DNA of 64,000 nucleotides from Octopus sinensis (lineage: Eukaryota), in NCBI RefSeq assembly GCF_006345805.1, contig NC_043005.1, positions 106,640,001 to 106,704,000 on the forward strand, in the 5' to 3' direction. This document shows positions 1 through 13,282 of the stretch, piece after piece. The notes under the pieces are model-generated. The model saw only the letters and a list, made by a program, of their open reading frames with translations, made no database searches and was not told the origin of the DNA. How positions within the stretch are numbered: the first letter of the stretch is position 1; each line of letters starts with the position of its first letter. The position numbers and the translations under genes are program-made.

Positions 1-774
1 CTGATGTCTTGTTGGTGCAAGGACAAGTTGGGACAAGAAAAACTCATTCGTAAAGTCGAAAAGTGACTCTGCTGCTTCTTTGTCAGCGGTTGAGGCGGGA
101 GTGCTTGGTTTCAAACAGTTTGTAGTCCAGTCAACACAGGGTAGATTGAAGTCTCCCATCATGAGTATGTTGCTAGAATGGCACTGTTGAATAAAGCACT
201 TAATGCTGTTGAGGCATTCTTTAAAGCACAGTATGGGTGTTTGGGGCGGCCTATAGAGCCCAATTACTGTCAGGTCATTGGCTTTGTTGTGCACGGTGAC
301 TGATTCACAGTAGCCGTTGGAGAATATACTATTTCCATCTGCCGTAAATGAATCATGCAGGAAAATGGCAGTTCCACCCTTCCTCCTGCCGATACGATCC
401 GCGCGGATGGTTGTGAAATTCTTCACTCTCACTTCGGCTTCCAAGTGGGAGTTGTCAAGGTGGGTCTCAGTGAGAATGAAGAAAGGGATGTGGTGTGAAT
501 GGTTACCAACCCAGTCTTCAATGAATTGGACCTTCCATTTTTGTGCATTGATGGAAGGGCTGACACCTTGTGCATTGAGTAGGAATGTGGAGGTTAGTGT
601 AGTGGCTGGTTTTGACTGTTGCAGGGGGCTTGGATTTTTTGTGTGTGTTAGTGGCAGCAATGTGGGGAATTGGTGCACTGGGGTAATAGCATAGGATGGT
701 GTTGAGTGATGGCTAGAATGTTTTTGTGTATCTCTTTTGCCATGTTCAACATGGCTAAAAAAGAATTTTCCTGC
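1..774 (-). CDS. LINE ORF2 N-terminus, apurinic/apyrimidinic-type endonuclease domain (partial; absent from the ORF track)
   Basis: Stop-free frame of 258 codons after TAA 777-775. Motifs FLLNAQG, ILTETHL, RADRIGRRKGGTAIF, GLYRPP, MMGDFNLPCVDW and LSQLVLAPTR are typical of CR1/L2 endonucleases. The first in-frame ATG is only at 163. Confidence 0.92.
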
Positions 775-1866
775 TTAGGGAGCAGTTTTTGGCTGGAGGT
801 GTGGTTGCACTGTTGGATAGGGTTGTAGTTTCCACTTTTGTTGTTGTTGTTTTTGTGTCTTCCTGAAAAGACTGGACCAGCATTACTGCAGCATGGTGTG
901 TTTCTATTTTTATTGTTATTCAGGTTTGTGTGTTGGCTTGAGGCCCCGTTTCTGTTTGTGCGTCGGGTCCCTGGAAGATGAGTGAAGGGACAGTCACTCA
1001 GTAGACATGTTCTCTCACGTTGGAATACCGGCAGATTTTGGGACTCCGAGTTGTGTGTGTGTTTTGAATTTCGATTTACTATTTGGTGGTGTTGATGTTA
1101 TTGTGGGATGCGTGCTTTGCCTTGGCCGGTAGTGCGTCTAGTGCGGGTAGATGCGTGAAGATGCAGTCACTATTTGTGCAGAGTCTCTGGCGCAGTGAAT
1201 AGCGGCATATTTGGGGATTTCTTGTTTGAGCCGTGGGGGGCGCATTCTGCTTCCTATGTTTCTTTAAGTTTTTGTTACTGCAGTAGTATTGAGGTGGTGA
1301 TGTGGGGGAAGAGGGCAGTGGTTTCTTATTTGGTTTTCTGTTGGTATTTTTGGTGATAGAAGACGATGGTGGCAGCGGTGGTGATGATGATGATGATGAT
1401 AATTGTGGTGGTTGCTGTGAGAGCGGTGAAAAGATACTGGCATTTAGTGAATCGTCTAGTAAGCTAGAGTTGAGGAGTGGCTGTTGTTCTTGTTGCTGTG
1501 GCTGTTGTTGTTGTTGTTGTGCCTGACCGATGTCAGGGTCAGCCATTGTGCTGGGAACCAGGAGTGGCTCATTCTGTTGTTGTGGCTGCTGATTTTCTAG
1601 CTGTTGTTGTTCTTGAACTGTGAAAATATGTAGAAGCTTTTCATAATGGCCTCTTATCAGTTTGAAAGATACTTCGATATGTTTCAACTTGCTACGAATC
1701 TGTTTGACGGATCGTGTGTTGACCACTTGTGATGTTTTTTCGGCAATCTCATTCAAACACAAGACATTAGATTTTCTGTTTGGGAAAGAGAGAGCCATGT
1801 GTTTATTAAAACATCAATTTCGTTATCAGACCAATTTCGTCTGTTGCAGGCCTGCAAGTTAGTCAT
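648..1866 (-). pseudogene. LINE ORF1, disrupted: Myb/SANT-like N-terminus, Q/S/P-rich linker, two CCCH zinc fingers
   Basis: ATG at 1866 gives MTNLQACNRRNWSDNEIDVLINTW. A 2-nt CT slip near 1790 joins it to track ORF 1079-1798. TAG TAA at 1081-1076, a frameshift near 1022 in the second finger, and a final stop TAA at 650-648. Confidence 0.72.
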
Positions 1867-2242
1867 GTTTGTTTTTCTTTTGTTTGTTTTCCTTTTGATT
1901 TTTGAAAATATATATATTCTTTCTTGGGAGTTAAAGAAGTGTATATATATATAAATGTTCTCTCTTAAGGGTGTGAGTTTTTGATTATTTGGTTGTTTGA
2001 GGATATTAAAAGAAAAACAGGTGTATATAACAATTTGTAGTTAAATGAAAACGTACTTACGGGTTTGTAGGCAAACACGTGGTTACAAATATATATATAT
2101 TTAAGGTCAGTTAGTTTTGAAGCTGTGTAGCTTGCTACTGACTTGGGAGAGAAACAAATAGACGTCCGTCCACTCCAACAGTTAATCCATATATGTAATA
2201 ACAGTTTATGTCATAACAGTTTTACTTTACATAACAGTTAAT

Positions 2243-2244
<2 letters not shown>

Positions 2245-2284
<40 letters not shown>

Positions 2285-2399
2285 TATATATATTATATGT
2301 TATATATATGTATTTATATATAATATATGTATTACTATTATATATATATATATATATGTATAATTAATATATATATATATATGTATATATATGTATATA

Positions 2400-2480
<81 letters not shown>
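2245..2480. repeat. (TA)n microsatellite, representative of dozens of TA, CA, TATG, TATC and GA tracts across the window
   Basis: Directly visible; such tracts produce the YI/IY, CV and LSIY pseudo-ORFs. Confidence 0.97.
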
Positions 2481-3544
2481 ATGTATTTGGTGTGTGTGTG
2501 TATGTATGAATGCATTACTCTACTTATATAAACGCCACTGGACGCTCTCAGTTATGTCTCACAGTTCATATTTGTTTAAATTACGCATCCCTTAGCTACT
2601 GGAGACATGGTGGGACAGCTGTCATGCTAGTGACGCTTATCGAGGCAGAAAAAGACGTCGACAACTGACTTCTTAAGACAGACAAAGAGCCTGTCTTTTC
2701 CATTTATGTTCTCTCAATTTCGGAGAATCTTTGACTGTTGAGATTATTTACGTTTTTCATCTGGAGCTAGTATCATTAGCAACTTGGTAAATATGACATA
2801 TTCTGTCAATCCTAACAATCCTACACAGGTTTGTATAGGATAGAAACCTTTGGATGAGAACGTGTAGTATAATTGATTTAATATAAATAGATTAAATGCA
2901 CAAAATTATTACATCAAAGAAACTAAGATATTTTCTGCAGAAACGTGTCGGAAATAAAATGAACAAAATGATTTTTATTAATTACATTTTAAGGAAGTGC
3001 AGCTCTTCACTCTTCATTGTCTTATACATGTGTGTGTGTGTGTGTGTGTGTGTACACACCTGTCTTTACTTCCTACTCTATCTCTCCTGTTATTAACTGT
3101 TTAATCCAGTCCCTATGCTGTAGGTTGACAGTTATAAATAGCAGCTTAATTTCCATCAAATAACACCTTTATGTCTTTAGAACACTAACACAAGATAATT
3201 TATGTGGTCGTAGGCAAATACCTCTTAAAAAGGAAAATATAATAAATCACACTTGTAGGCCATAATTTTTAATGATACAAAAATAAAAATCTTGAGTCAG
3301 TCATTTTGCGCCTGCAGACCCTCACCCACTGAACCTGGTGGCATCGATGTGATTGTTGTTTCTCTTAAACAGCTGCAAGCTGGTCGCTGGAGTATAACTC
3401 AAACTATGACAGAATTCCAGAAGACATCTGTTCTAGAGAAGGAATTTTTATTTAAAAAAAAAAAAAAAAAAATTTTTTTTTTTTTTTTACAATCTTTATT
3501 AATAATGAATCGAAAATCGAAATATTGAATGTATATATATAATA

Positions 3545-3591
<47 letters not shown>

Positions 3592-4271
3592 ATATATATA
3601 CACATACATACATATTTACATATATATGTTTGTGTATATATATATATATATATATATTTATTAAAAAGAAGAAAAGAAAGTAGAGAAAAGGGAGTTGATA
3701 ATTGTTTATTATTAACAAATTGGTCCCTTCTTAGAGCCGTTGATAGGTTCACATATAACATCCAAAGGTACGTAAGTGTTTTTTTCTCTCTGATGAAATT
3801 ATATGACTGTTGCCGGGACGAGCGCTAAGTCTGGTATTTTGAATGTTTTCCATACTAACTGACGAAGGTGAAAGAAATAAAAATGGACCTACTATTAGTG
3901 CCAAGCAATTGATTGGAAATATGTTAAACCAACTCAAAATCAGTGTTGATATCCCTTATGTCGTATTTCAGATTATGGCAAGCGAAAATTTGTACAAGGC
4001 TTTTCATGAAAATGCTGTACTGAGTTCTCACATTCGCAAGCATGTTCTCTACAAGCGCTGTAATGAATGCTACACAGCTATTATACGCAAAATAGGGGAA
4101 TTCTTTAACGGTCTGCAGAAAGTGTGGCAAATGTTAATTTTATGCCAGACGGATATTTCTCTACCTTGTTCTAGAGAAGGTAAAGTAAAATATACGGAGG
4201 AACATTTGCAAGATAACATAGAAGATGGCACCTAGAGCTGAGCCTATCTCATCGTTTTATTTACTTTTTTA

Positions 4272-4944
4272 TTCTTTTACTTGTTTCAGCCATTTTAACT
4301 GCAGCCATGCTGAAGCATCGCCTTAAAGGGTTTTTAGTTGAAGAAATTGACCCCAGGACTTATTCTTTGTACGCCTAGTACTTATTCTATCGGTCTGTAT
4401 TGCCGAACCGCTAAGTTTCGGGGACGTAAACACACCAACATCAGTTGTCAAGGGGATAAACACAGACACGCAAATATATACATATATACATATATACATA
4501 CATATATATATATATAAAGTTAATCCAAACAAGAAAGCACGAAAAAAAAAACACAACAACGCGAGGACGTGGGACAAATATAGTATTATTGGACGCTCAG
4601 GAAAGAAGGAAAGAAGGAGGGTTTAACGTTTCGAGCGGAGCTCTTTGTCGGAAACATAGGAGAAGGAAAAATCCAGAGAAGGGAAGACAGAGGAAAAATC
4701 GCCAACGGTACACACGAGGTCATATATATATACATATACATATACATATATACACGCACACACAAAGACACACACATATATGTGACAGGCTTCTTTGAGT
4801 TTCCGTCTACAAAAAAACTCACAAGGATTTGGTTAGCCCGAGGTTATAGTAGAAGACACTTGACCAAGGTGCCACGCAGTGGGACTGAACTCGGAACCAT
4901 GTGGTTGAGAAGGAAGCTTCTTACAACACAGCCACGCCAGTGCC
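4272..4944 (-). mobile_element. tRNA-derived SINE, family C (GGCGCAGGAGTGGCTGTGTGGT head, CORE-like centre), interrupted by a Penelope-like end
   Basis: Reverse complement matches copies at 53988-54405, 55432-55878 and 60364-60755. Confidence 0.85.
4516..4722 (-). mobile_element. Penelope-like terminal repeat fragment, family H1, with a mutated hammerhead-like core at 4621-4655
   Basis: Homologous to 37828-38105; inserted in the internal TA/CA tract of the SINE. Confidence 0.65.
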
Positions 4945-5493
4945 TATATGCACACACACACATGCATGCACGCTCACACATATATACTGACTGACACATA
5001 TATAATTACATATATATACATATCCACACATACACATAGATGCAAAGATATATGTATGCAATCGTGCATTCAAACATAATAGTTCGTTCAAATTAATCTC
5101 TGTTGATAAAAGTACACACATCATGAAGGATCTTAGAATGTCTAATGATTTTCTACATTTAAATAACACGTTCATCAGTTATTTATGTTCAATTGTTGTG
5201 GTTATTGCTGTTGCTGTTACTGTTAGTGTAGCGTCTCTAGAAATTGCTGTTACATTTATCGGAGCAGCTGTTGTTCCTGTCTGGCCAGCCCATTAAAAAT
5301 GTCCCACACCATTGAGTCCGTTTAAACGCCCCAATTCACTTGTAAGCTGTTTAGTTTTTTTACATACTTTGATCTGTGCAATATTTTTCTTTCAAATACG
5401 ACTATTCTATTTAATTTAGTTTTTACTAGTTATTTTATTGTGTGTATGTGTGTGTGTGTGTATAGTATTAATAATATATATACTTGTATTATG

Positions 5494-5541
<48 letters not shown>

Positions 5542-5823
5542 CAGCATGCTCACATATTCACATTGATATAAAAATCAACGGATGGATATGTACACTCACA
5601 TACACATATAGATAGATAGATAGATACATACATACATGCATATATCTATACATATATATACAGATGCATACACGCACACATACGAATGTGTACATACATG
5701 TATATATACATACATAAACACCCATATATATATATACGCACACATACGAGTGTATACATATGTGTGTTTATATATATACATATATACATGTATTTATATA
5801 TATGTATATATAACCATATATAA

Positions 5824-5859
<36 letters not shown>

Positions 5860-6004
5860 ATATATATATATTTACATGCATACGCAAGTATATATATACA
5901 CATACTGCATATATAAACATATTTACGCATAGATATGCCTACGATATATAGATATGTACACTCACACATACATACGCAGGGCATACATATATACACATAA
6001 GGCT

Positions 6005-6200
6005 GTGAGAACTGCCACGAACTGTAGTGCTACTTGGGCCATTATTGTTCATGGTAGTTCTCTTCGATATTATCTCAGTAATATAGAGAATCACTCTCAC
6101 CAGCTTCGCTGACAATACGAGAGTATCACAAGCGTAAAGGGTCTTGATGGTGAGAACAAAACAGAAGACCTGGTGGCTAAAGAAAAGGACATGCTGTTCA
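6005..6200 (+). pseudogene. Degraded CR1-type reverse transcriptase fragment
   Basis: Translates to VLLGPLLFMVVLFD...LTSFADNTRV, resembling QGTVLGPLLF...FADD. Confidence 0.6.
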
Positions 6201-6872
6201 GTGTTGATATCTGGGAATCCACATAAATAATGATGCATCATTCTGTAAACCTATGACTAATATAGCATTAATTTACAGGTGAATGGTTGGTTGGGTTCTG
6301 AGATCATTCAAAAGAAGGAACAAGGCAACCAAATTCATTCTAGCCATTCTTAATCACTTAGACTACTGCTCTCACGTATGGTTGTCACATAGCGTTAAAT
6401 GAACAATGGAGCTTGTGGCACTCCAGAGCTTCAACGCTAAAACTGTTGCTTTAGTCCGCCTAACTTTGGGGCTGAAATTATTACAAACCCCAGCATTGGT
6501 CACCACTGTAGAGTATCAAAGATTACACCCTTTATACATAAAATGAAATCCAGTGCTGTAACAGCATAGGGTTTAAGATCCTATGTCTTTTCGATTTTAT
6601 GCCAAAGTATTTCAGAGATCTACGGAGCGTAAGTGTGGACATGTTCCGAGCTTTGTCCATCTCAGTGCATCACCACAAAGGAAAGAAAACCCGGAGAACG
6701 GGTTGCGAATTACTGTTGAAATAAACTGGCGGTCACACAAATGGCTGTATCCTACATACGTATGTATGTATGTATGTATGTATGTATGTATGTATGTATG
6801 TATGTATGTATGTATGTATGTATGTATGTATGTACGTACGTATGTATGTATGTATATTGATATTTATATTAA

Positions 6873-6924
<52 letters not shown>

Positions 6925-7369
6925 TTTGTAAAAAATGAAGTTCGAAAATACTGCTATATTAGACAAATTTTTAAGTTTTATATATACATTATTTATTTAA
7001 CATTTTTCGGTTCTTGAAATGGTGAACCTTATCAAAAAAAATTATATATAAAAAAGATAGTTCATGCTATCAAATATAAAAAAAATCATATATAATATAC
7101 AATAGAGTCAGACATCAAAAGTTCATATATAGTGAAGTGAGTTCATGCTATATGTTTAAAGAGTATGATGTAGTAGTTCATAGTGGTGATATGCATTCAA
7201 TATAACAAATAGTTCATAGTGGTGATATGCATTCAATATAAAAAATTGATGTTCTTGACAAAGCGAGGAATTCATTTTAGATTTTACCTTGAGCAACTGT
7301 GATGACTTTTGGTCGGTGTCCGCTCGGACAGTTCTGGCGAACCTTGTGAATTGTTTGGGTTTTATATCA

Positions 7370-7632
7370 CCTGTTAGGTGGCCAGTCCAGCGGAACGAGA
7401 CGTCATCAACGTTTTGACCAATCGTTTCGTTAGGTGGCTAGTCAAGCAGAACGGGACGTCATCAATAATTTGACCAATCAGAATCGGGTCCGACCTATAG
7501 CTGTATTAGATCTGCCCCCTTGTCTGTATCCTGTTAGGTGGCCAGTCCAGCGCAACGAGACGTCATTACTGTTTTGACCAATCATCCCGTCAGGTGGCCA
7601 GTCCAGCAGAACGAGATGTCATCAATGTTTTG
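7370..7632. repeat. Four copies of a ~54-bp module (TTAGGTGGCCAGTCCAGCRGAACGAGACGTCATCAA...TTTGACCAATC)
   Basis: Copies at about 7370, 7428, 7530 and 7586. Confidence 0.85.
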
Positions 7633-7643
7633 ATATATATATA

Positions 7644-7681
<38 letters not shown>

Positions 7682-7719
7682 GTATATATTAATACATATA
7701 TATCTATATATATATTAAT

Positions 7720-7895
7720 GTGAAGCTTTATGAAAATAAACAAAAGACGAAGGCAGGTGGAGTACAAACAAACAATTGTATTAGTATGGCGCTCAGGAAT
7801 ATAAATAAAACAAGTCTTTTATGTTTCGAGCCTACGCTCTTCAACAGAAAGATACACAGAAAAGAGACACGGAGAGAAACACGGAGAGAAAAAAA
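7720..7895 (-). mobile_element. Penelope-like terminal repeat fragment, family H2, with a hammerhead-like core at 7815-7852
   Basis: Near-identical to 55912-56052; sits in a TA tract. Confidence 0.65.
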
Positions 7896-8555
7896 ATCAT
7901 TATATATATTAATGTGCATGTGTGTGTGTGTGTGCCTGTGTGTGAACAGCTGAAATATTGTGACGTGAAAATGCTGAGTCATGGAGAAGATACCGCCAAG
8001 CGTTTCCGTCCAAAGGTCAAATAATTAAAACAGACCCCCGAATCTGGCCCCTGATAGGTTTGAATACAAGGCTGACCTCGGTTAGATTTTTAAATCAAAA
8101 TACAGATAAAAGAAAGAGGAGAGTAGGGAAAGTAGTAGATTCAAGTTAATTTGTTGAACGGCGAGTCAGAGTGGCGAACATCTTCTGCGTGAACGTGCCT
8201 CCTCTGATCATACACCTGTAGAATGGAGAAAGGAGGTACGGGAATTTCACCTTGATGGTCAAACCGACTGTGTTCTTGGTGGAGCCTACATGAGTCGGCC
8301 TCGGAGTTCTTATCTTATAAGTATCTTTATGTAACCCCGTACGGTGTCTCGGAACATTTACCGTTTTTTTCGATAATCTTTGTCTATGATAGAGAAATCA
8401 TCATCATCATCATCATCACCACCACCACCACCGTCATCATTATCATTATCAACTTTGTCATCATCATCGCTGTCATGATCATGGTCATGATCATCATGAT
8501 TATTCATCTTCATTACCATCGTTATCACCATCGTTATTAACTATGGTTATTAACT

Positions 8556-8945
8556 GTGGAGGCGCAATGGTCCAGTGGTTAGGGCAGCGGACTCGCGGTC
8601 GTAGGATCGCGGTTTCGATTCCCAGACCGGGCGTTGTGAGTGTTTATTGAGCGAAAACACCTAAAGCTCCACGAGGCTCCGGCAGGGGATGGTGGTGAAC
8701 CCTGCTGTACTCTTTCGCCACAACTTTCTCTCACTCTTACTTCCTGTTTCTGTTGTGCCTGTATTTCAAAGGGCCGGCCTTGTCACTCTGTGTGTCACGC
8801 TGAATATCCCCGAGAACTACGTTAAGGGTACACGTGTCTGTGGAGTGCTCAGCCACTTACACGTTAATTTCACGAGCAGGCTGTTCCGTTGATTCGGATC
8901 AACCGGAACCCTCGTCGTCGTAACCGACGGAGTGCTTCCTATCCT
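8556..8945 (+). mobile_element. tRNA-derived SINE, family B (GGAGGCGCAATGGYCCAGTGG head)
   Basis: A box TGGTCCAGTGG and B box GGTTTCGATTCC; TSD TATTAACT at 8548-8555 and 8950-8957. Confidence 0.88.
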
Positions 8946-9241
8946 ATCCTATTAACTAATATCTGATCAACCCTGATCCAATTGCTATACGATCAAAGCA
9001 ATGCCTAGGAGTAACATACTCGGATACGATGGCAACATTAAAAAACAAACAAGTTATTCCTCATTGCATGTTTACGTTTGTTTCGAAACCAGACTGGTTT
9101 CAAACAAGTGTTGGGATTTCATCAGTAATACATTAAGATTCTTGGTACCAGATGAAATATAAGATCACAAGAGTTCAGTTTCAGTCCAGTTCTTATTTGA
9201 TATATATTTAGTAGTACATTATCTCTTCTGTCCTTCCATTA

Positions 9242-9335
<94 letters not shown>

Positions 9336-9498
9336 GCAATACATACACATACATACGTACATTTGAAGAAGTTAGCGTCTGAGATAAAGAAGAAATGAAT
9401 GTTAATTGGAAACTGTCTGATGCATGTAATATGTGTTTGTGTCACATATATACGTCTTGGGGAGTATTCCGGCTACGCCGTATACATATATATATGAT

Positions 9499-9561
<63 letters not shown>

Positions 9562-9863
9562 ATATATATATATATATATTCCTAGATGCATACATATATA
9601 CACACACGCAGAGTTACACATAGAAAGCAAAGCAAAGTAAAATTAGATTGCGATTCCTCAATTAGTTGATTGATTTCACAGTATATACATGCAATAGACA
9701 CGATATATATGTATATATGTATGCATGTATATGTGCAGATACACACACACACACATATATATACATATTTATATAGATAGATGTAAATACCTTTCACACG
9801 CTTATAGATACTTGCATATGTACATGCATACGTACGTACATACATGCATACATACATACACAC

Positions 9864-9983
<120 letters not shown>

Positions 9984-10368
9984 ATATACAGAAACTCATA
10001 TGTTCAAATAGGTAGATAAATGCATAAATAGATAGATATATTGATAGAAAACAGAAATTAATACTTGAAAAGACGCCTCAATTATCATTTAACGAACTAC
10101 TTAAATCGTGCCCTAAGATGAAGAGAGTGAAATAATTTAGTTAGATATGAATCATGCCCATGTTCAAATAGTCTTCTGAATATATTCTCTCAGTAACACT
10201 ACGGCTAATATCAATGCGGTGAATATTTAATTATTTCTTTTCGCGCATGAATACTTGCATATGAAACCTTAAGTAGAACACATATGCATAAGACGCATAT
10301 TTCATATTTATAAATACATATACATATATATACATGTGTATATGTATGCATGTATGTATATGTATACG

Positions 10369-10443
<75 letters not shown>

Positions 10444-10791
10444 TTATGTTATGTGTCTGCGTGTGTGTATTTGTATGTATATACAAATCCTAAGCGTTGA
10501 CATAACAGTATGTTTAAGGCGTTCGCTTAAAAAACCACGTGGTTCTTTGTTTGAAACTGGTTCGGTCACCATGATTAGGTGTCTTGTTTATAATCTCGGG
10601 TTGTCCACTGAACTGTGTGATATAGAGAATCTAGGTCCATTGAATAGATATGTACGTTCGTTCCTATCAGATACGTTAAACACTGGCAGAAAGCATTGGA
10701 AAATAAGCTTTCTGCAGAAATGTTAACGTAATTCTCAAGATTAATCAGTGTGAGAATTACGTTAGAAACTGGATGTATTTTTATTTATTTA

Positions 10792-11055
10792 CTAGCAGTA
10801 TCGCCCGGCGTTGCTCGGGTTTGTTTCGACCCTTTAGAATTGGAATTTTTGAAAAGTAAAAATTGTGCATTATGTAGCTTGTTATTCTCTTTAAGTGAAC
10901 ATTTTTCTGGTTGAAATATACCGAAAAATGGCCACACAGCAGTCAAAAAATCGTAAAAATAGGGAATTTCATAGAAAAAAAAAAGCACCTTTTTGAGGTA
11001 AATAATGTTTGGTGTTAACATGGTCCAATTTGAATATTTCTGTATATCTCTATAG
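10792..11055 (-). mobile_element. Helitron-type 3' end
   Basis: Minus strand reads ACCCGAGCAACGCCGGGC (hairpin), then a short spacer, then CTAG followed by T. Confidence 0.65.
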
Positions 11056-11529
11056 AGTGAAAAATGATGAACAGCCTCAATCGATTTTCGGACCTTATTG
11101 TGTTCTCATCAGTGGTATCCACATCAATTTTAACCAATACCACAAAACTAAGCAGCCGAACTGTTACCTTCCTGTATTAACACATGGGAATGTGATTTCA
11201 GGGAAAGTCTATCTGCCATTTCCAGAAAGTTGGTTGATAGCCTAAAGTCACATGTTGTAATGAATCATGCATATGAACAAAAGCACTCCAGTGGTGACCA
11301 GCCATGTCCATAGCCAAAGTGTAATTTGGTGGTAATTACTGGAAGGTAGAGCGATTGAATAAACGCTCCGTTGTCGGTTGTTGGCAGTAGTTTTATAAAA
11401 ATGAGCCTTGTAGATATGGTGGTAATGTGAGTGGAGGCAATATTTAGTGATGGTGTTATACTTTCGTTTATATTACAGAACCTTTCCTGAATTCATTGAG
11501 GCTGCTGCTTTTTGCAGAGAAGGAAGAAG

Positions 11530-11552
11530 GATGACGATGAAGATGATGATGG

Positions 11553-11606
<54 letters not shown>

Positions 11607-11823
11607 CGACGATGACGACGACGATGATGATGATGATGATGGTGATGACTATGATGATGATGATAATGATGATGGGGATGATGGTGGTACTGGTGGTAGT
11701 GCTGACGATGATGATGATGATGACGACGACGACAACGACGATGATGATGATGATGACGACGATGATGATGATGATAATGATGATAGTGATGACGACAACG
11801 ACGATGATGATGATGACGATGAC

Positions 11824-11864
<41 letters not shown>

Positions 11865-12200
11865 CGATGATGATGATGATGATGACGATGATGATGAAGA
11901 TGATGATGATGGGGATGATGGTGGTGTTGGTGGTGGTGCTGACGATGATGATGATGATGATGATGATGACGATGATGATGGTGATGACGATGACGATGAT
12001 GATAATGATGATGGTGGTGGTGACGACGACGACAACGACGACAGCGACGGTGATGACAACGATGGCAGTAGTGAAGATTTGCAAGTTTTTATGGACATCC
12101 TCTCATGTTCATCGGTCTTGATAATGTTGCTGCTGTTACTCCTTGTTGATGTTGTTGTTGTTGTTGTTGTTGCTACTGTTGCTGTTGTTGTTGGTGGTGG
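11530..12200. repeat. (GAT/GAC/GGT)n trinucleotide array followed by (GTT)n
   Basis: Directly visible; source of the poly-D, poly-M, poly-I and poly-S ORFs. Confidence 0.95.
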
Positions 12201-12648
12201 GGCTGATGATAATGTTGATCTGATTGTCTTTGGGTTGCAGTTATCATTGTTGTTATTTCGCTGTTCTAATTCTAGTTATTGTTGTTGCGGTATTGAAGTA
12301 TGCTCCTTAAGCCTCGGCAAATAATATAAAATATAATTGATGCACCCACTGCCCAATGGCCATAGCAAATAGTCACAGCAATAGAAAGAGATCGTACAGA
12401 AATATGAGAGGTAGCAGATATTACATTCATTATCATTAAACATAAAAAACCTGTGTGTGTGTGTGTGTGTGTGTATGTGTGCTGTATGATTGTGTACGTA
12501 CATGCGTATAAAATACACATACTTACATATGCACCCATACACATATATATAGACACATACACACAAGAGAACATGAAGGGGTGTACGTGCTCTTCTGCGC
12601 ACATGAGTATGTATGGTTTTATATGTGTGTACATTTGTGTGTGTGTAT

Positions 12649-12693
<45 letters not shown>

Positions 12694-12877
12694 CGTGTGT
12701 GTAGGCGTATGTAAAATAGAATAAGAAGTGATTAAAGTAGAGTTTATTCTATTTCTTACTATTCTTAAATTCCTTGCGGCTTATCCTGTTTTGTAAAAGA
12801 CACACGGACACTGTTCAACAGCGATACGTAAAATAAGTATATATACACTTATTCAGACACACATATATGTATATATA

Positions 12878-12930
<53 letters not shown>

Positions 12931-13239
12931 TTCATTTGTTTATCATGCACAAAAACATACATGCATACATACATACATACATACATACCTACATACAAAC
13001 AAACACCAATGGTAAGTGAGCTAAAATATTTATTCAAGAGTTCCTTCGACAGCCGAAAGTTAGGTAATTTCAAATTCTAAACAGACGGAATAAATAAACA
13101 CACACACACGCACACACACATATATATATATATTTGTATGCATAGGTGTATATATATATAATTGTATACATATGTGTATATATATATATATATAATATAT
13201 ATATATATATATACATACATACACACACACACATGTATA

Positions 13240-13282
<43 letters not shown>

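Larger units (their letters stand above)
1..2190 (-). mobile_element. 5' portion of a CR1/L2-group non-LTR retrotransposon (5'UTR, disrupted ORF1, start of ORF2); continues beyond the window start
   Basis: An APE endonuclease frame at 774-1 is preceded by an ORF1 with CCCH fingers and a GGACGGACGTC-type 5' end near 2160-2175, which abuts a TA microsatellite. Confidence 0.88.

Noticed and set aside
317-694. 125-aa plus-strand ORF
   Set aside because: Antisense shadow of the LINE endonuclease frame.
1843-2060. Possible intron in the LINE 5'UTR (GTAAGT at 2060, GACTAAC at 1864-1858)
   Set aside because: No polypyrimidine tract, and the apparent branch point overlaps the likely ORF1 start codon.
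3843-4235. 130-aa ORF in unique-looking sequence
   Set aside because: No recognisable motif or splice support; could be a decayed transposon.
8556-8635. tRNA gene calls at SINE heads
   Set aside because: A/B boxes are present, but they continue into SINE bodies and are multi-copy; no complete cloverleaf.
11447-12324. Poly-Asp, poly-Met, poly-Ile and poly-Ser ORFs (possible acidic biomineral protein)
   Set aside because: A trinucleotide array open in several frames, with no signal peptide or convincing exon context.
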